The notes under the pieces were generated by a model, which saw only the letters and a program-made list of their open reading frames with translations, had not been told where the DNA came from and did not search any database. Made by a program: the position numbers and the translations under genes. A stretch of 63,425 bases of DNA, the filler included, from Thelocarpon superellum (taxonomy: Eukaryota), in NCBI GenBank assembly GCA_026025795.1. It is 9 parts of 9 records of this genome, joined end to end, with 100 filler letters (N's around TTAATTAATTAA, not from the genome) between each part and the next. Parts side by side here need not be neighbours in the genome. Positions count along the whole stretch, not along the records: positions 42,522 to 49,426 come from JAPEUG010000654.1; positions 49,527 to 56,427 come from JAPEUG010000655.1; positions 56,528 to 63,425 come from JAPEUG010000656.1; 6 more parts are not named here. One strand, written 5' to 3'. Below, piece after piece: positions 48,809 through 63,425 of the stretch (positions are counted from its first letter, which is position 1; the number at the start of each line of letters is the position of its first letter).

Positions 48809-49426
48809 TCACTCGACGACCTTGATCCCTTGATCAATTGATCGTAATTGCGGAGCCTTCGACACCCTTCTTCTTCCAGTACACCAGCTCTCTAGCAAAC
48901 CGGGCGGCATGAGGCACAGATCCAGAAACGACAGCCCGCGACAAGGCGAGGATTTAGTAAGCCGACCTCGGCGGCCCGGCCGCGGAAGGCCGCAGGGTAG
49001 GACGCACACTCCGGGCGGCAGGGGTACCATCTCGCTCTCGCGGTTGGTCTCGTAGAAGGGGATCAGCAGATCCATTCCAATCTCTTCCAGGAGGTCGCAG
49101 AGGTCGAAGTCCGGCCGGCTCGCGTTGTACAGCAGTGTCTCGGTGAAGTCCAGCGGCGAGGCGCAGTGCGCATACTCGACTAGGCCGCCGCAGAGGGAAA
49201 CCCAGTTCACGATCTGCACGATGTCCATCGTTCCCGCGTGTTGACGGAACTCGATCGTCCTGTGCTGCTCTTCTTCCGGCAGCAGCGAGAGGAAGTTATA
49301 TGACACGTACCGGTAGCTGCAGGGCGTCATGAGCTCGATGAGCTCTCGGAGGGTCGTCGTGTTCGCAATGGCCTTGGCTCGCTCCCATGGTTTCAGCGCC
49401 CCGAGCTGCTCGTGTGTCGACATCGG
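48809..49426 (-). CDS. Putative amidoligase (Amidoligase_2 family), C-terminal part; 5' part lost at contig end
   Basis: RYVSYNFLSLL...RTIEFRQHAGTMDIVQIVNWVSLCGGLVEYA is typical of fungal amidoligase-2 proteins. The exact 3' end is uncertain. Confidence 0.75.
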   Translation of the reverse strand, partial: PMSTHEQLGALKPWERAKAIANTTTLRELIELMTPCSYRYVSYNFLSLLPEEEQHRTIEFRQHAGTMDIVQIVNWVSLCGGLVEYAHCASPLDFTETLLYNASRPDFDLCDLLEEIGMDLLIPFYETNRESEMVPLPPGVCVLPCGLPRPGRRGRLTKSSPCRGLSFLDLCLMPPGLLESWCTGRRRVSKAPQLRSIDQGIKVVE

Positions 49427-49526
49427 NNNNNNNNNNNNNNNNNNNNNNNNNNNNNNNNNNNNNNNNNNNNTTAATTAATTAANNNNNNNNNNNNNNNNNN
49501 NNNNNNNNNNNNNNNNNNNNNNNNNN
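49427..49526. other. Artificial contig linker
   Basis: N44-TTAATTAATTAA-N44. Confidence 0.98.
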
Positions 49527-52500
49527 GGCGAGTGGCAACAAGATGACGCCGATCGTGTCCGCCTCCCTTCCCAAGCGTGGGGAGGTCTGTCATGTGCGCT
49601 GAAGGCTCCTTGCGGTGGTGGGGGCCACCGCGCACAGACTCCGCGTACAACGCTTCTGATTCGATGCGAGCACCACGCCCGCACAACGATCCAACCGTTC
49701 AGCTCCCACCCCCAGACCTACTCGGCGTCACCTCCGCGTACACCCCTCACCTGCAGGCGTGGTGCCACCCATTCCTTTCTCCATGGACGACGGGCCCCCA
49801 CGCCGCCGGGGTTGGTTATATTCCGGGTACGGCTCAGCCGCTCGGCATGATATGGATTAATTTCCACCTCGAAATCATGTAGCATGCACATCCCTCGATT
49901 GTCCTGAAGGCTGGCCTCAGGTCCGCCTCTGACGATCTGGAATAGCCCTCCGCCTCGGCATCTCGGCGGACGATATTGGTGACTACTAACATTACGACGA
50001 ACCTGACGGCTCCTGTGGGGTGAGTCTTGGTCGCGGCCATCGTTACAATACTCTTGTGGAGGCTTGCCGTTGCGACCCTGGCGGCAAGCAAGCTACGTGT
50101 GGATATAACCGTGGTCAAATCCCATGCCGCATATGATCCGCGCAACTCGTGCATGCTGTATCATCTTATGGGAACGCGCCGCACACATCAGATGCACCTC
50201 TCTCTTCTGTCTGCCGATTGGTCCGACGGTATCAATCGTTCAATGACCCCAAATTCAACAGTGTCTGCATTGGAACCTCAAACACATGTCCTGCGCCGTT
50301 CGGAGGTGTGGCTGACCGCTTCAGCTTTCGGTCAGCCGGCAAATCAGCCTGTACAGGTGCGGTACATGTACTGTTTGCTCCGATTGGCCTGGGTCAGCGT
50401 GGAGCGGCGGAGCGAAATCTCTACGGTGCGCTCAATGGTTATCACGGTGAGGCCGAGGGCGGTGAGAAATCCTTGCCGAGTCACGCGGCCGCCTTTACCA
50501 ACACCAGTCCCGGCAAACGTGAGCACGCGATGGCCAGATCACGACTACAATAGGCAATGTTCTGGAAGAGATGTCGAAGGTCTGGGTCCAATGGCCGACT
50601 GGTCCGTAAAGCCATGCATCACGCCGTGCATCGCGCCATGCGTGACCGAGCCGTCCCATCGTCACTTCCCCGCATGACCCCCGACGTAGGGCGGCTGGGG
50701 TACGGAATGCCAACGCCGCTCCACAGCGGGGCAGCGGAGTCCTCTAGATCACCCATATCGTCGCTGACCGTCAGCTTGGTCATCGTGGCACCGCCACTTC
50801 CCTGTACTTGTAGTGCCATGACACCCTCTTTCAAAGATTTCCGTGCCTGACCGATCATGGTCGACCTGCTAGGCTGGTCCAAAGCGGCTCGAACATCCCA
50901 TGCCACGACCAGTGGATGATGGCGTTGGCGCTCGCCACTATGATGGCACCAGCTGGCCACGCCTATCCTCAAAGTGGGATGATGAGGAACTTCAGGCCGA
51001 CGGATCCATCGACCATCGGCGGCCCCGGGGCGTCGGACGTGCGGAGATGTCGGCCACGACAATTCAAGATGGCTGGGTGGCGCAGAACCGTCGACGGCGA
51101 GCCATCGGTCGATGTACGATCTCTCACTAAGCGTAGACCAATGGACAATGGGTTGGGCGACGCCAAGGGCCGAGGTCGTTGTTGGCTTGATCACACCCTT
51201 TTGCAGTAGACGCTCACCGAAGCAAAATAGACAATGTTTGCCAGCAACTCTCTATGCCGCCGTTGTCGACTACTGGACGCGATGCGAGACAGGCGGCCGC
51301 CGTCAACCGCGCAAGACACACGCCCCACCAACCCTTTGCGTTTCCCCACAACGCCAACAACGCCAACAACGCCGGCGCCGCTCTCTGCCCGCTGGGAGGG
51401 TGTTGCCCCGCTCGACCGACGCACGTCGAACCACTTCGCTCCACGGCACTCGTCATTAGCGACGCAACGTGGGTACGCCGCGCTGTGGAGACTTCACAGA
51501 TCAAGCGCCAAGGCAGGCGACGGTACGGTAGTCAACGTCGCACGGTGAGGTCGCCCTCGGCAGAAATTGAGAATATGCAGTGCTCCGGATGCATGCCCAT
51601 GACTGCGCGCTGCGCTCATTGCGAGTGAGGTGCGGCCTGGGCGGGCGCGGCCTCCTAGCGGCGAGCAACGAGCAACGGGCAAGCTGTAACGAGCGAATAG
51701 CAGGCGGCGTCTACCGCGGCCTGATGACGTATGAGTAATTTCTCCGCGCTCTCGCTCCGCCGAGGACGCGACCTGCCCAGCTTCCTTGTCCGGCGGGGAG
51801 GAATGAAGACGAAACATCCAAGCGAGATGGCCGCCACGCCCCGCCATGCTGCCCTCTTCACGCGTGACTCGCAGAATTCGAGTCGGGGGGCAGCCGGGGA
51901 TCCCAGGAGCATCCATCTGGCCCGCGGATTGGCGACGACGCAATGAGGCCCAGTGCCGCTCATCGCTCCTGGCTCCTGGCCCCTTGGCGCCCCAGCTCCT
52001 GCCTCGTCATAATGCACGCAACATTCATGCCGCGCACCTCGGGTCCGGCCGACGCTCCTCGTGCGATCCCTCGCCAGAGCGGCGCCTCCGCGGGCGACCC
52101 ACGATGCACGCCGTCGATGGTCGGGTAGCATCTCGAGTCCCGCCACAGCTTGTACCAGAACTTGCCCTGCGCCGACACCCTTGTCTCCTGACGTGCATTC
52201 CTCCTCGTCCCCAAACAGCGGCGACGGCGCCCCCAAGTCGAGGAGGCGGACGCGGACTGCCCCAGGCATGTGGAGAAGTTTCGTGATCCTCTGGTCGATG
52301 CCCTCCAATCTGGCCCCGCCGGCCTCACCCCTCAGGTCGGTGCATCCTGCCCGGTCCGTAGCTAGCGCGGGGCCCCGCTGTTTGGCGCAACCGCCGCACC
52401 TACGCTGCACGCCTCGACTCCGCGTAGGTCGGCCGTAGGAGTCCTACGTCTCGTACCGGTACTACTGCTGCGTCGTGCTGGACTCAGTCGACGCCCGTCG

Positions 52501-53144
52501 AGTGATGCCGGGGTGGCGGCTCTCTCCCAATCCCGTAGCGATGCACCAATCCCAGGGCCGCCATCCAGAGCGCGCCGCTTGTTTCCCCGCCTCGGACGCT
52601 GGCACACTTACCTCACAAGGTATCACACGACCCGCAGAGAAACCCGCGACGGCCGTCCTCCGTACCGCCGTGCTCCCCCTCCATTCCCTGGTCTTGGTCG
52701 CTTGTCCGGTAGGCCTCCGCTACCGTCGGTGCAACGCGACTGAACCTAGCGTGCCAAGACGAAGCGCCGCTTGGAAAAAGTCAGGGCCCTACGCCGAAGG
52801 GAGTATCTAGTTTGGGTCCTTCACATCTCCAACGACCCTCCTACCCCGTCACACGCGAAAGCGGATATACTCCAGACGATGGGTGGCCCGGGCGGCGACC
52901 CCGACGAGGGCGACGGGGGTCCTCTGTCAGACCACCCCGGGCCATGTTGTCCGGCCGGTGATACATAAAGATCGCATGGGCCCACCCCTCCCCAGGTTAC
53001 TCCCCGTTCGACTACGCTGTCGGTGTCATCCATTTTGAGCGCCGATCTCTCTTGGTCTCCGTCCTTCCCTCCCCTCCTCGCCCGCAATTGACCTCATCCG
53101 CGACCTGCATTCCTTCCCCACATATCTGCTCCATCACCGCCACC

Positions 53145-54896
53145 ATGGGTTGGGCACTCAAGAAACCCGAGGGGACTCCCGGCTCTGCCGCCCCAGCCAT
53201 CATGATTGGCCTGTTTGTGGCTTTCGGTGGCATCCTGTTCGGGTATGTTGACCTGAGATCCGTCGACGCCGGGTCCGACGACTGACGACTCCTCAAGCTA
53301 TGACACTGGGACCATCAGCGGGATCATCGCCATGCCCTACTGGCGTAACCAGTTCTCCACGGGCGCCATCAATCCCGTCGACCACAAGCCCGACATCACT
53401 GCCGCCCAACGTTCCGAGATCGTCTCCATCCTCTCGGCCGGCACCTTCTTCGGCGCCCTCGGCGCGTCGCCGATGGGTGACATCGTTGGCCGTCGCCTTG
53501 GTCTCATCCTGTCGTCGTTTGTCTTCACCTTTGGCGTTATTCTGCAGACGGCGGCCACGAAGATCCCGTTGTTCGTGGCGGGCCGCTTCTTTGCTGGCTT
53601 GGGTGTCGGCCTGATCTCGGCGCTGAGTGAGTAGCCTGCCCGTACCCCCCGAGGGCGCCGCGCATGGCTGACCTCTAACCAGTTCCGCTCTACCAATCTG
53701 AGACGGCGCCCAAGTGGATCCGTGGCACCGTCGTAGGCTGCTATCAGCTGGCCATCACGATTGGTCTGCTCGTCGCGTCGATTGTCAACAACTCGACGCA
53801 AAACCGCAACGACACGGGCTCGTACCGGATTCCGATCGCGGTGCAGTTTGCCTGGGCCATCATCCTCGTCGTCGGCATGATCATCCTGCCCGAGACGCCG
53901 CGCTACCTGATCAAGACGGGCAAGGGCGAGAAGGCGGCGAAGTCGCTGTCGCGTCTCCGACGCCTCGATGTCACGCATCCGTCGCTGATGGAGGAACTGG
54001 CGGAGATTGAGGCCAACCACCAGTACGAGCTGAGTCTCGGCAAGGCCACGTACGCCGACTGCTTCAAGGGCACGCTGGGCAAGCGGCTGGCTACGGGGTG
54101 CATGCTCCAGGGCCTGCAGCAGCTGACGGGCGTCAACTTCATCTTCTACTACGGCACGCAATTCTTCAAGAACTCGGGGCTCCAGGATCCCTTTGTGGAC
54201 AGTCTGATCACCAACATTGTCAACGTATGCTCGACCTTTCCCGGACTCTATCTGGTGGAGAAGTGGGGCCGACGGCCGCTCTTGATGTTTGGCGCCATCG
54301 GCATGTTCGTCTGCCAATTCATCGTGGCGAGCGTGGGCACGGCGTTGCCGGGCTCGTACGTTGCCAACAAGGTGCTGATTGCGTTTGTGTGCGTGTACAT
54401 CTTCTTCTTCGCGTGCTCGTGGGGCCCGACGGCGTGGGTGGTGACGGGCGAGATCTTCCCGCTCAAGGTGCGGGCCAAGTCGCTCTCGATGACGACCGCG
54501 ACCAACTGGCTGCTCAACTGGGCCATCGCCTACGCCACGCCCTACCTCGTCGACCCGCCGCCGGTGGGCACGACGGGCGGCTACGCCAACCTGCAGTCCA
54601 AGGTCTTCTTCATCTGGGGCAGCTTCTGCGGCCTCTGCGCCATCTTCGTCTACACGCTCATCTACGAGACCAAGGGCCTCTCGCTCGAGCAGGTGGACGA
54701 GCTCTACGCCAAGGTCGACCACGCCTGGCAGTCCAAGGGCTTCGTGCCGACCGTCAGCTTCCAGGAGGTGCGCGATGCGGGGCCGGACGAGCTCCGACGC
54801 GGCTCCTTGGCCGATATCGAGAGCGGAGCGCAGCGCAAGCGCAGCCTGGTGCAAAGCGACGGTGTTGCCGAGCACACGGTGAGCGAGAAATATTAA
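53145..54896 (+). CDS. MFS sugar porter, high-affinity glucose transporter type (MstA/Rco-3-like)
   Basis: FVAFGGILFG|YDTGTISG, GDIVGRR, PLYQSETAPKWIRG, PETPRYL, QQLTGVNFIFYYG and YETKGLSLEQVD. Two introns. Short C-terminal tail, so not a long-tailed Snf3-type sensor. Confidence 0.93.
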
Positions 54897-56427
54897 GGCT
54901 GCCGTGGGTCAGGGGGGGACCGACGCGCGCCTGCTCATAGGCGCGGGCGGAGGTCTCTCGGTGGGGAGGGGGAAAGAAGAGAGGTGGCGGTGTTGCATGT
55001 GTGCGAATCCGCAGCAGCGCGTTGATTATGTCGTCTTCGCTCTGGTCGCTGTTAGAGTGTTTTGCACAACTATCCGTATCAGATCGAGTCATGTCGCCTC
55101 CCATTGCATGCTGGATACTATATACTCTCTTGTTGAATAATCATTACGATGCAAACGCTCGCAATTAATCTTGACAATTTTCCGGTCGACTCGACATATA
55201 TCGGCGGTATGACGTACGTTGGGGTCTGGGGCCTGGGCATTCTACACTTCGAGGTGGATGGAGCAGAAGGCTCCGTCGGAGGTGTATGGGCCTGGCCGCG
55301 GGTGCATCGGAGGAAATTCGCCAACGTTGAGGTGCGCCCGGCGCTAGTAACTTCGGTCGCTGCGGTCGCGTGCATGAACAGGGATGCGAGGGTGACGGCT
55401 GCCCTTACCAGATCCTCCCCGTTGATTACCGCCAGCTCGCCCCACCATACGCTCGCCTAGACTCGTCTGAGATCCCTTGAGCGTGCGGGCGCAAAAGCAG
55501 CGACAGGGCTCTTGCTGGAGGGTGTCTGAGTACGAGAACCTACCTGTACATATCGTCCGCTCTTGTCCGTGCCGTGATCCATGGTCCCAGGTACGTCAGG
55601 GTCGGGGTCTTGTTCGCGATCCGTCATCCTCCGTCACCGTCGCAGTTGTAGCGGCGAAGGATGGAGGTGCCAGGCGGCGGGGTGAGGCGCAGTGGCGCAC
55701 CTTGAGGGGTGTCTACCCCACCGTTGATCGTCCGGGGTGTCCGAGAACAGAGGCTAGGCTAGGCGGATGACCGGAACCCCCCTACTTAAGCGGCGCGAGA
55801 CATCGTCGACCGCGTCGCCTCGTCCCACACCATTAACATGTTGTACGTCTAGGTCGCTTTCCATCATCACTGCGACCATCAATGCGGGGTTTAGCGACCA
55901 CCCGCCAAGCAGGGCCCTGTGATAGCGTGTCCGCTGCCGCTCCACATGTACCGATACATATCACGACTGTCCTCCGGCAAATTTCGCCCTTTGCGGTCTG
56001 CGTTCGTGGTCTCGTCGTGGGGCTGTCCAGGGGCTTGCGATCGCGAGATAGAGTTTCGAGCCGATCTGGATGCTGATTGGCAAGGGAATCCTCGCTCCAA
56101 ATCATTATTACGAGTCCCATACCAGACGAGGCACGTCGGGCCCGTATTAATATTGCGGAAAGGGCTCGTTCACCCAGTGATAGGTGTCTTCTGCCTGTTT
56201 GATTCGCGGCCCACGAGTGTCTCTGCGAGTCCCATCCCCCTCGCAGCAGCTTCCCTCACACGCACTTCGGATCTTCATCTGCGAACTCGCAGTCCGTACT
56301 ACGTCGACCAGGATCTAGACTCGGGCCTCTCCCTGTGTTTCAATCGTGCATCACGAGAATGTGTTTGAGCGTTCGAGCCCTAGTCTAAGGTGCAATCACG
56401 CATATGACCCCTTGTGCGCTCTATCCT

Positions 56428-56527
56428 NNNNNNNNNNNNNNNNNNNNNNNNNNNNNNNNNNNNNNNNNNNNTTAATTAATTAANNNNNNNNNNNNNNNNN
56501 NNNNNNNNNNNNNNNNNNNNNNNNNNN
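56428..56527. other. Artificial contig linker
   Basis: N44-TTAATTAATTAA-N44. Confidence 0.98.
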
Positions 56528-56544
56528 TGCCTGACAACCTCATC

Positions 56545-58273
<1,729 letters not shown>

Positions 58274-59077
58274 CGTCAAGAGGACAACGATGAGGTGAAA
58301 GATCAGAAGCGCCGATTGCACCAGGAAAAGTACCGTGGCCATGACACCCACGGCCTTATATAGCTTCCTCCGCCGATGGGAGCGGACCTCAACGGATGCC
58401 ATCTTTGCGCCGATGGCCGCCGCTACGGTCTCCCCTTACCCCGTGCTTCCCGGCGCTGGGGTACGGCGGTGCCGGTGCAAGGTACGGATAGAGACCCCAC
58501 GCCGACCTGAACACGTCGCCCGAGGGTTCCTCCAGTAGCCAGGCACGAAGAGAACGGGATGACGTGGACCGCAGGAGCGCGAAGTGGTCCTGGCGTCCTA
58601 CACGTTTACCCCGCGAGACGGCGGGGTACGGGTGAAGGCCCCAAAGAAGGAGGTCGTAATTGATGGACCAGCACTTCCAGGGTTCAGCGTCACGACCATT
58701 ACATAAGCAGACCACCTCGCACCTCGCACCTTTTCAGGGTCTTGCCGGGTGGATCGGCACTTGTGTCGGAAGTCATTGGACCACCAGCTCAGCTCGCCCA
58801 CTTCGCTCACCTCGGTGCCTGGGTCAGTCGGCTCGCGGCTTGCGGCCCCGTTGGTGGTAGCCACGCAGGCGACTGGACCCCTCTACGCCTCTACTCCGCG
58901 ACTTTTACATCTCCCAAGAGCTTGGTATCAACGACTCCCCAATTCTCAAGTCTTCCCATGTCAGGCGTGCCTTTGATCGCCTCGAGCAATGCGACCGGAC
59001 ATAACATTGGTACACCCAGCATATGCTGAAACGCCTCGAGGCCTGCGAAAGTTGGATCCGGCTTGGGAGCAGAACGA

Positions 59078-60526
<1,449 letters not shown>

Positions 60527-60528
60527 TC

Positions 60529-60584
60529 CGGCGGCGGCGGCGGAGGAGGAGGAGGAGGTGGAGGAGGAGGAGGAGGAGGAGGAG
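60529..60584. repeat. (GGC)n(GGA)n trinucleotide repeat directly upstream of the HMT1 ATG
   Basis: About 18 tandem triplets. Confidence 0.85.
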
Positions 60585-61673
60585 TGAGTAGTGGTAGGAT
60601 AGGGTAGTAGTTGATACGAGTTCTTGGGTTGTGGGCGGACAGCTGGGAGCTGGAAGCTGGAAGCTGTTCGGGATCATGTAGAGGGCATCCGCACCGGTCC
60701 GACTCACTGGAAAATTGCGACGTTCACCGATTCTCGCCAAAACCTTATCTGTGCTCGTACCACTGTTTTCCTAGGGCACGACGCCTCTCTGCCTATCTCG
60801 CATTACATGAGTACTGCAGAGTCTTGATGGAGTTGGTAGTATCTCATCGTCCCGTCTCCAACATATAGAGGGTAGGCAGCTGACAGTCGAGCTACAGCTT
60901 GTTCGTCCGATCCGGCATATGCACGGACATGAAGTTGAGGGGAGTTAGTGGGTATTCCTATACTTCCGCACGAGCTGGATAGCCGTAGGATCCTTCCACC
61001 AATCCCGCTGTCACCCTTACTCTGACCTCCCTTATGTCTAAGTCATACTCAATGTATCGTATATACCCTCTAGTCACTGTTTTCTACCTCTCGATAATGT
61101 GTAAAGTCGGTCAAGTCTTGAAGGAGCAGACCTAGCTACCTTGGTGGGTATGTGGTCACGTTTGAGAGATGCGGTGGCAATGCTCTTGGGCAAGATGGTT
61201 TGCGACTTGGGGGGGCTAGGCCAAGGCCCTGCAGGGTCTCCTGTTTCCTCAAGTAGCCCAAGCATGGCCCGATGTATCTCCAGCTGGCGAAAGAAAGCGG
61301 CAGAGGAGGGTTCCACAAGTAGGTAGTGAACTGGCGAGAAAGAACTAGGCTTCTCTGCACGCCCTGTTGGCAGGAGGTGGGGTAGCCTATTGATGGGGGC
61401 CAGAGGGAATGACGGGATTGTAGCTCGGGTTCCTGGATTGTGGTCCGTGCATGAAGAAGCTTCTCTCACGCAGATCGTCTGACATCACGGATACTTTCGA
61501 GCTACGCAAATTTCAGGCGCCATGGCTGAGAGACTTTTTCCTCCGAGATCAAGCCTGCTCGAGTCATCGCGGAGGCATTGCACTTGCCTTGAGGCTCCCG
61601 ACGGCAGTGTGATCGGCAGTTGCCCGCGGTGCCTGGGTCGATTACGTCACGAAAGAGATCCGCCACCAAAGTG

Positions 61674-63389
61674 ATGCGAGAACCTGTGGACGAGCATCAC
61701 GATGCTCTCAACGACTGTAATATCCATCCAACTAACCATGCTCCCTCGATGACCCTCGGGGCCGCTCCCGTCCAGACGCCTAAATACCCCACTCGTTCCA
61801 AGGCGTCTGGTGCAATGAGCAGCGGCACTGGGCAAGCAGAACCGTCGCGTCATCCTCTTCGTCCCGGATCGTCACCACGTCCAACTGTCCTGCCGCCGAC
61901 TTCGCCGGAGCAGCTTCATGATTTGATTTGCATCGGATTTGGGCCCGCATCCCTGGCCATTGCCGTCGCTCTCCAGGATGTGCTCGCTCCCCGGTCTCCG
62001 TCGTCGGCCGGATCCCCCCCTCCCCCCCTACCACGGGTTACCTTCGTCGAGCGACAACCGCACTTCGCCTGGCACGCGGGGATGCTGCTGCCCGGCGCCA
62101 AGATGCAGATCAGCTTCGTCAAGGACCTTGCAACATTGAGAAACCCGCGCAGCGAGTTCACCTTCTTGAACTATTTGCACAGCCAGGGTCGGTTGGCGCC
62201 GTTTACCAACCTGGGAACCTTCCTACCCTTGCGTCTGGAGTATGAGGATTACATGCGCTGGTGTGCTGGCTCCTTCCAGCACGTGGTCGCGTATGGGCAG
62301 GAGGTGTTGGCCGTGACGCCACAGACGCCCGCCTATTCCTCGGCGCCTGTGGCATCGTTTGTTGTGAGCTCGAGGGATCTCCGTAGCGGGCAGATCATCC
62401 ATCGACGGTCACGACACGTCATCGTGGCTGTTGGGGGTAAGCCGCAGATCCCGCCGTCTCTACCGCAGCACCACCCTCGTGTCATCCACTCCTCACAGTA
62501 CGCCGCAGCTGTGCCGGCCCTCTTGTCTGACGCGCATCAGCCCTACCGCATCGCCGTTTTGGGCAGCGGACAGAGCGCGGCGGAGATCTTCCACGACCTA
62601 CGGTCGCGGTACCCGCGGGCCGCCACGTCGTTGATTATCAAAGGATCTGCGTTACGGCCTAGTGACGATTCTCCCTTGTACGTGCTTCTCAACAATAGCG
62701 CGGGGCTGGGTAAACTAATGCGTCACAGTGTCAACGAGATTTTTGATCCCGACCGAGTGGATGATGTCTACTATCAACCCGCTGGCGCACGCGCGGCTGC
62801 TCTGTCATTGGACCGAGGAACAAATTATGGCGTCGTGCGCCTGGAGTTGCTGGAGCAGATCTACATGGACATGTACACCCAGCGATTGATGGATGCAGAT
62901 GAGGAACGCTGGCAACACCGTATCCTACCCTATCGTGTCGTCGACCGTGTGGCAGTGAAGCATGCTGAGTCGGGACTTCGATTGCACCTTCGCGCCACGG
63001 CTGATGCACCGACGAACGGGGCCATCATGAGTGAGCCTTTGACCCTGGACGTCGACGCGCTGCTCGTTGCCACGGGATACCTCCGCAATGCGCATGAGGA
63101 GCTGCTCCGCCCACTGGAGCATTTGCGAGCAAAGCCCAACACGCGCGATCACCGGCTATGGGAGGTCGCGCGTGATTACCGCGTCGCATTGGATCCGACC
63201 AAGGTCGACGCAGAGGCGGGGATCTGGCTTCAGGGATGCAACGAGAGCACCCACGGCGTCGGTCATCCCTCCAACTGCTCTCCTCCACCCGTGACTGACG
63301 ACGAGCTGTTCTAGTTGAGTGACACTCTACTCTCCATCCTTGCAACGCGCGCGGGTGAACTGGTCACATCCATCTTCGGCCAGTTGTAG
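61674..63389 (+). CDS. sidA: L-ornithine N5-monooxygenase (siderophore biosynthesis)
   Basis: HDLICIGFGPASLAIAVAL, WHAGMLLPGAKMQISFVKDLATLRNP, GSGQSAAE, PSDDSPF|VNE, ATGY and QGCNESTHG|LSDTLLS. Introns at about 62679-62729 and 63258-63314. TAG at 63387-63389. The start could be 61674 or a later ATG. Confidence 0.96.
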
Positions 63390-63425
63390 ATCGACCAGAG
63401 GAGGACCTTGGTTCCAGATGACCTT

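Noticed and set aside
52976..53038. 20-codon uORF ahead of the sugar transporter
   Set aside because: Its ATG lies only about 6 nt after the TATA-like element and upstream of the CT-rich start region, so it is probably not in the mRNA

Overview
GC-rich, intron-containing DNA from a filamentous ascomycete (Pezizomycotina). This is not one locus. It is nine separate contigs of about 7 kb (7021, 7014, 7010, 6963, 6962, 6951, 6905, 6901 and 6898 nt, so sorted by decreasing size) joined by an artificial N44-TTAATTAATTAA-N44 linker, and gene adjacency across a linker carries no meaning. Most of the content is conserved housekeeping genes: the TeaC/Bud14 SH3 protein, a probable Med2-like protein, formin SepA, Med12 (partial), Ypp1/Rhf1, Rix1 (partial), Uso1 (partial), Rat1/Xrn2, a GBD/FH3 protein, Rps0, Mrps28, a hexose transporter, a GH15 glucoamylase, PRMT1/Hmt1 and SidA. 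Accessory content includes an Mx-like dynamin behind a minisatellite, an amidoligase fragment, a decayed Zn2Cys6 gene and an LTR-like relic with flanking hairpins. I found no clearly demonstrable new multi-gene system. The best candidates for undescribed biology are small and unproven: an AUG-less, strongly codon-biased Cys/His-rich short ORF (about 6835-6974), a Cys-rich upstream ORF overlapping the sidA start (TGATG), and an H/ACA-like two-hairpin segment (17282-17415). All exon boundaries were read by eye, and family assignments rest on recalled motifs rather than database searches.
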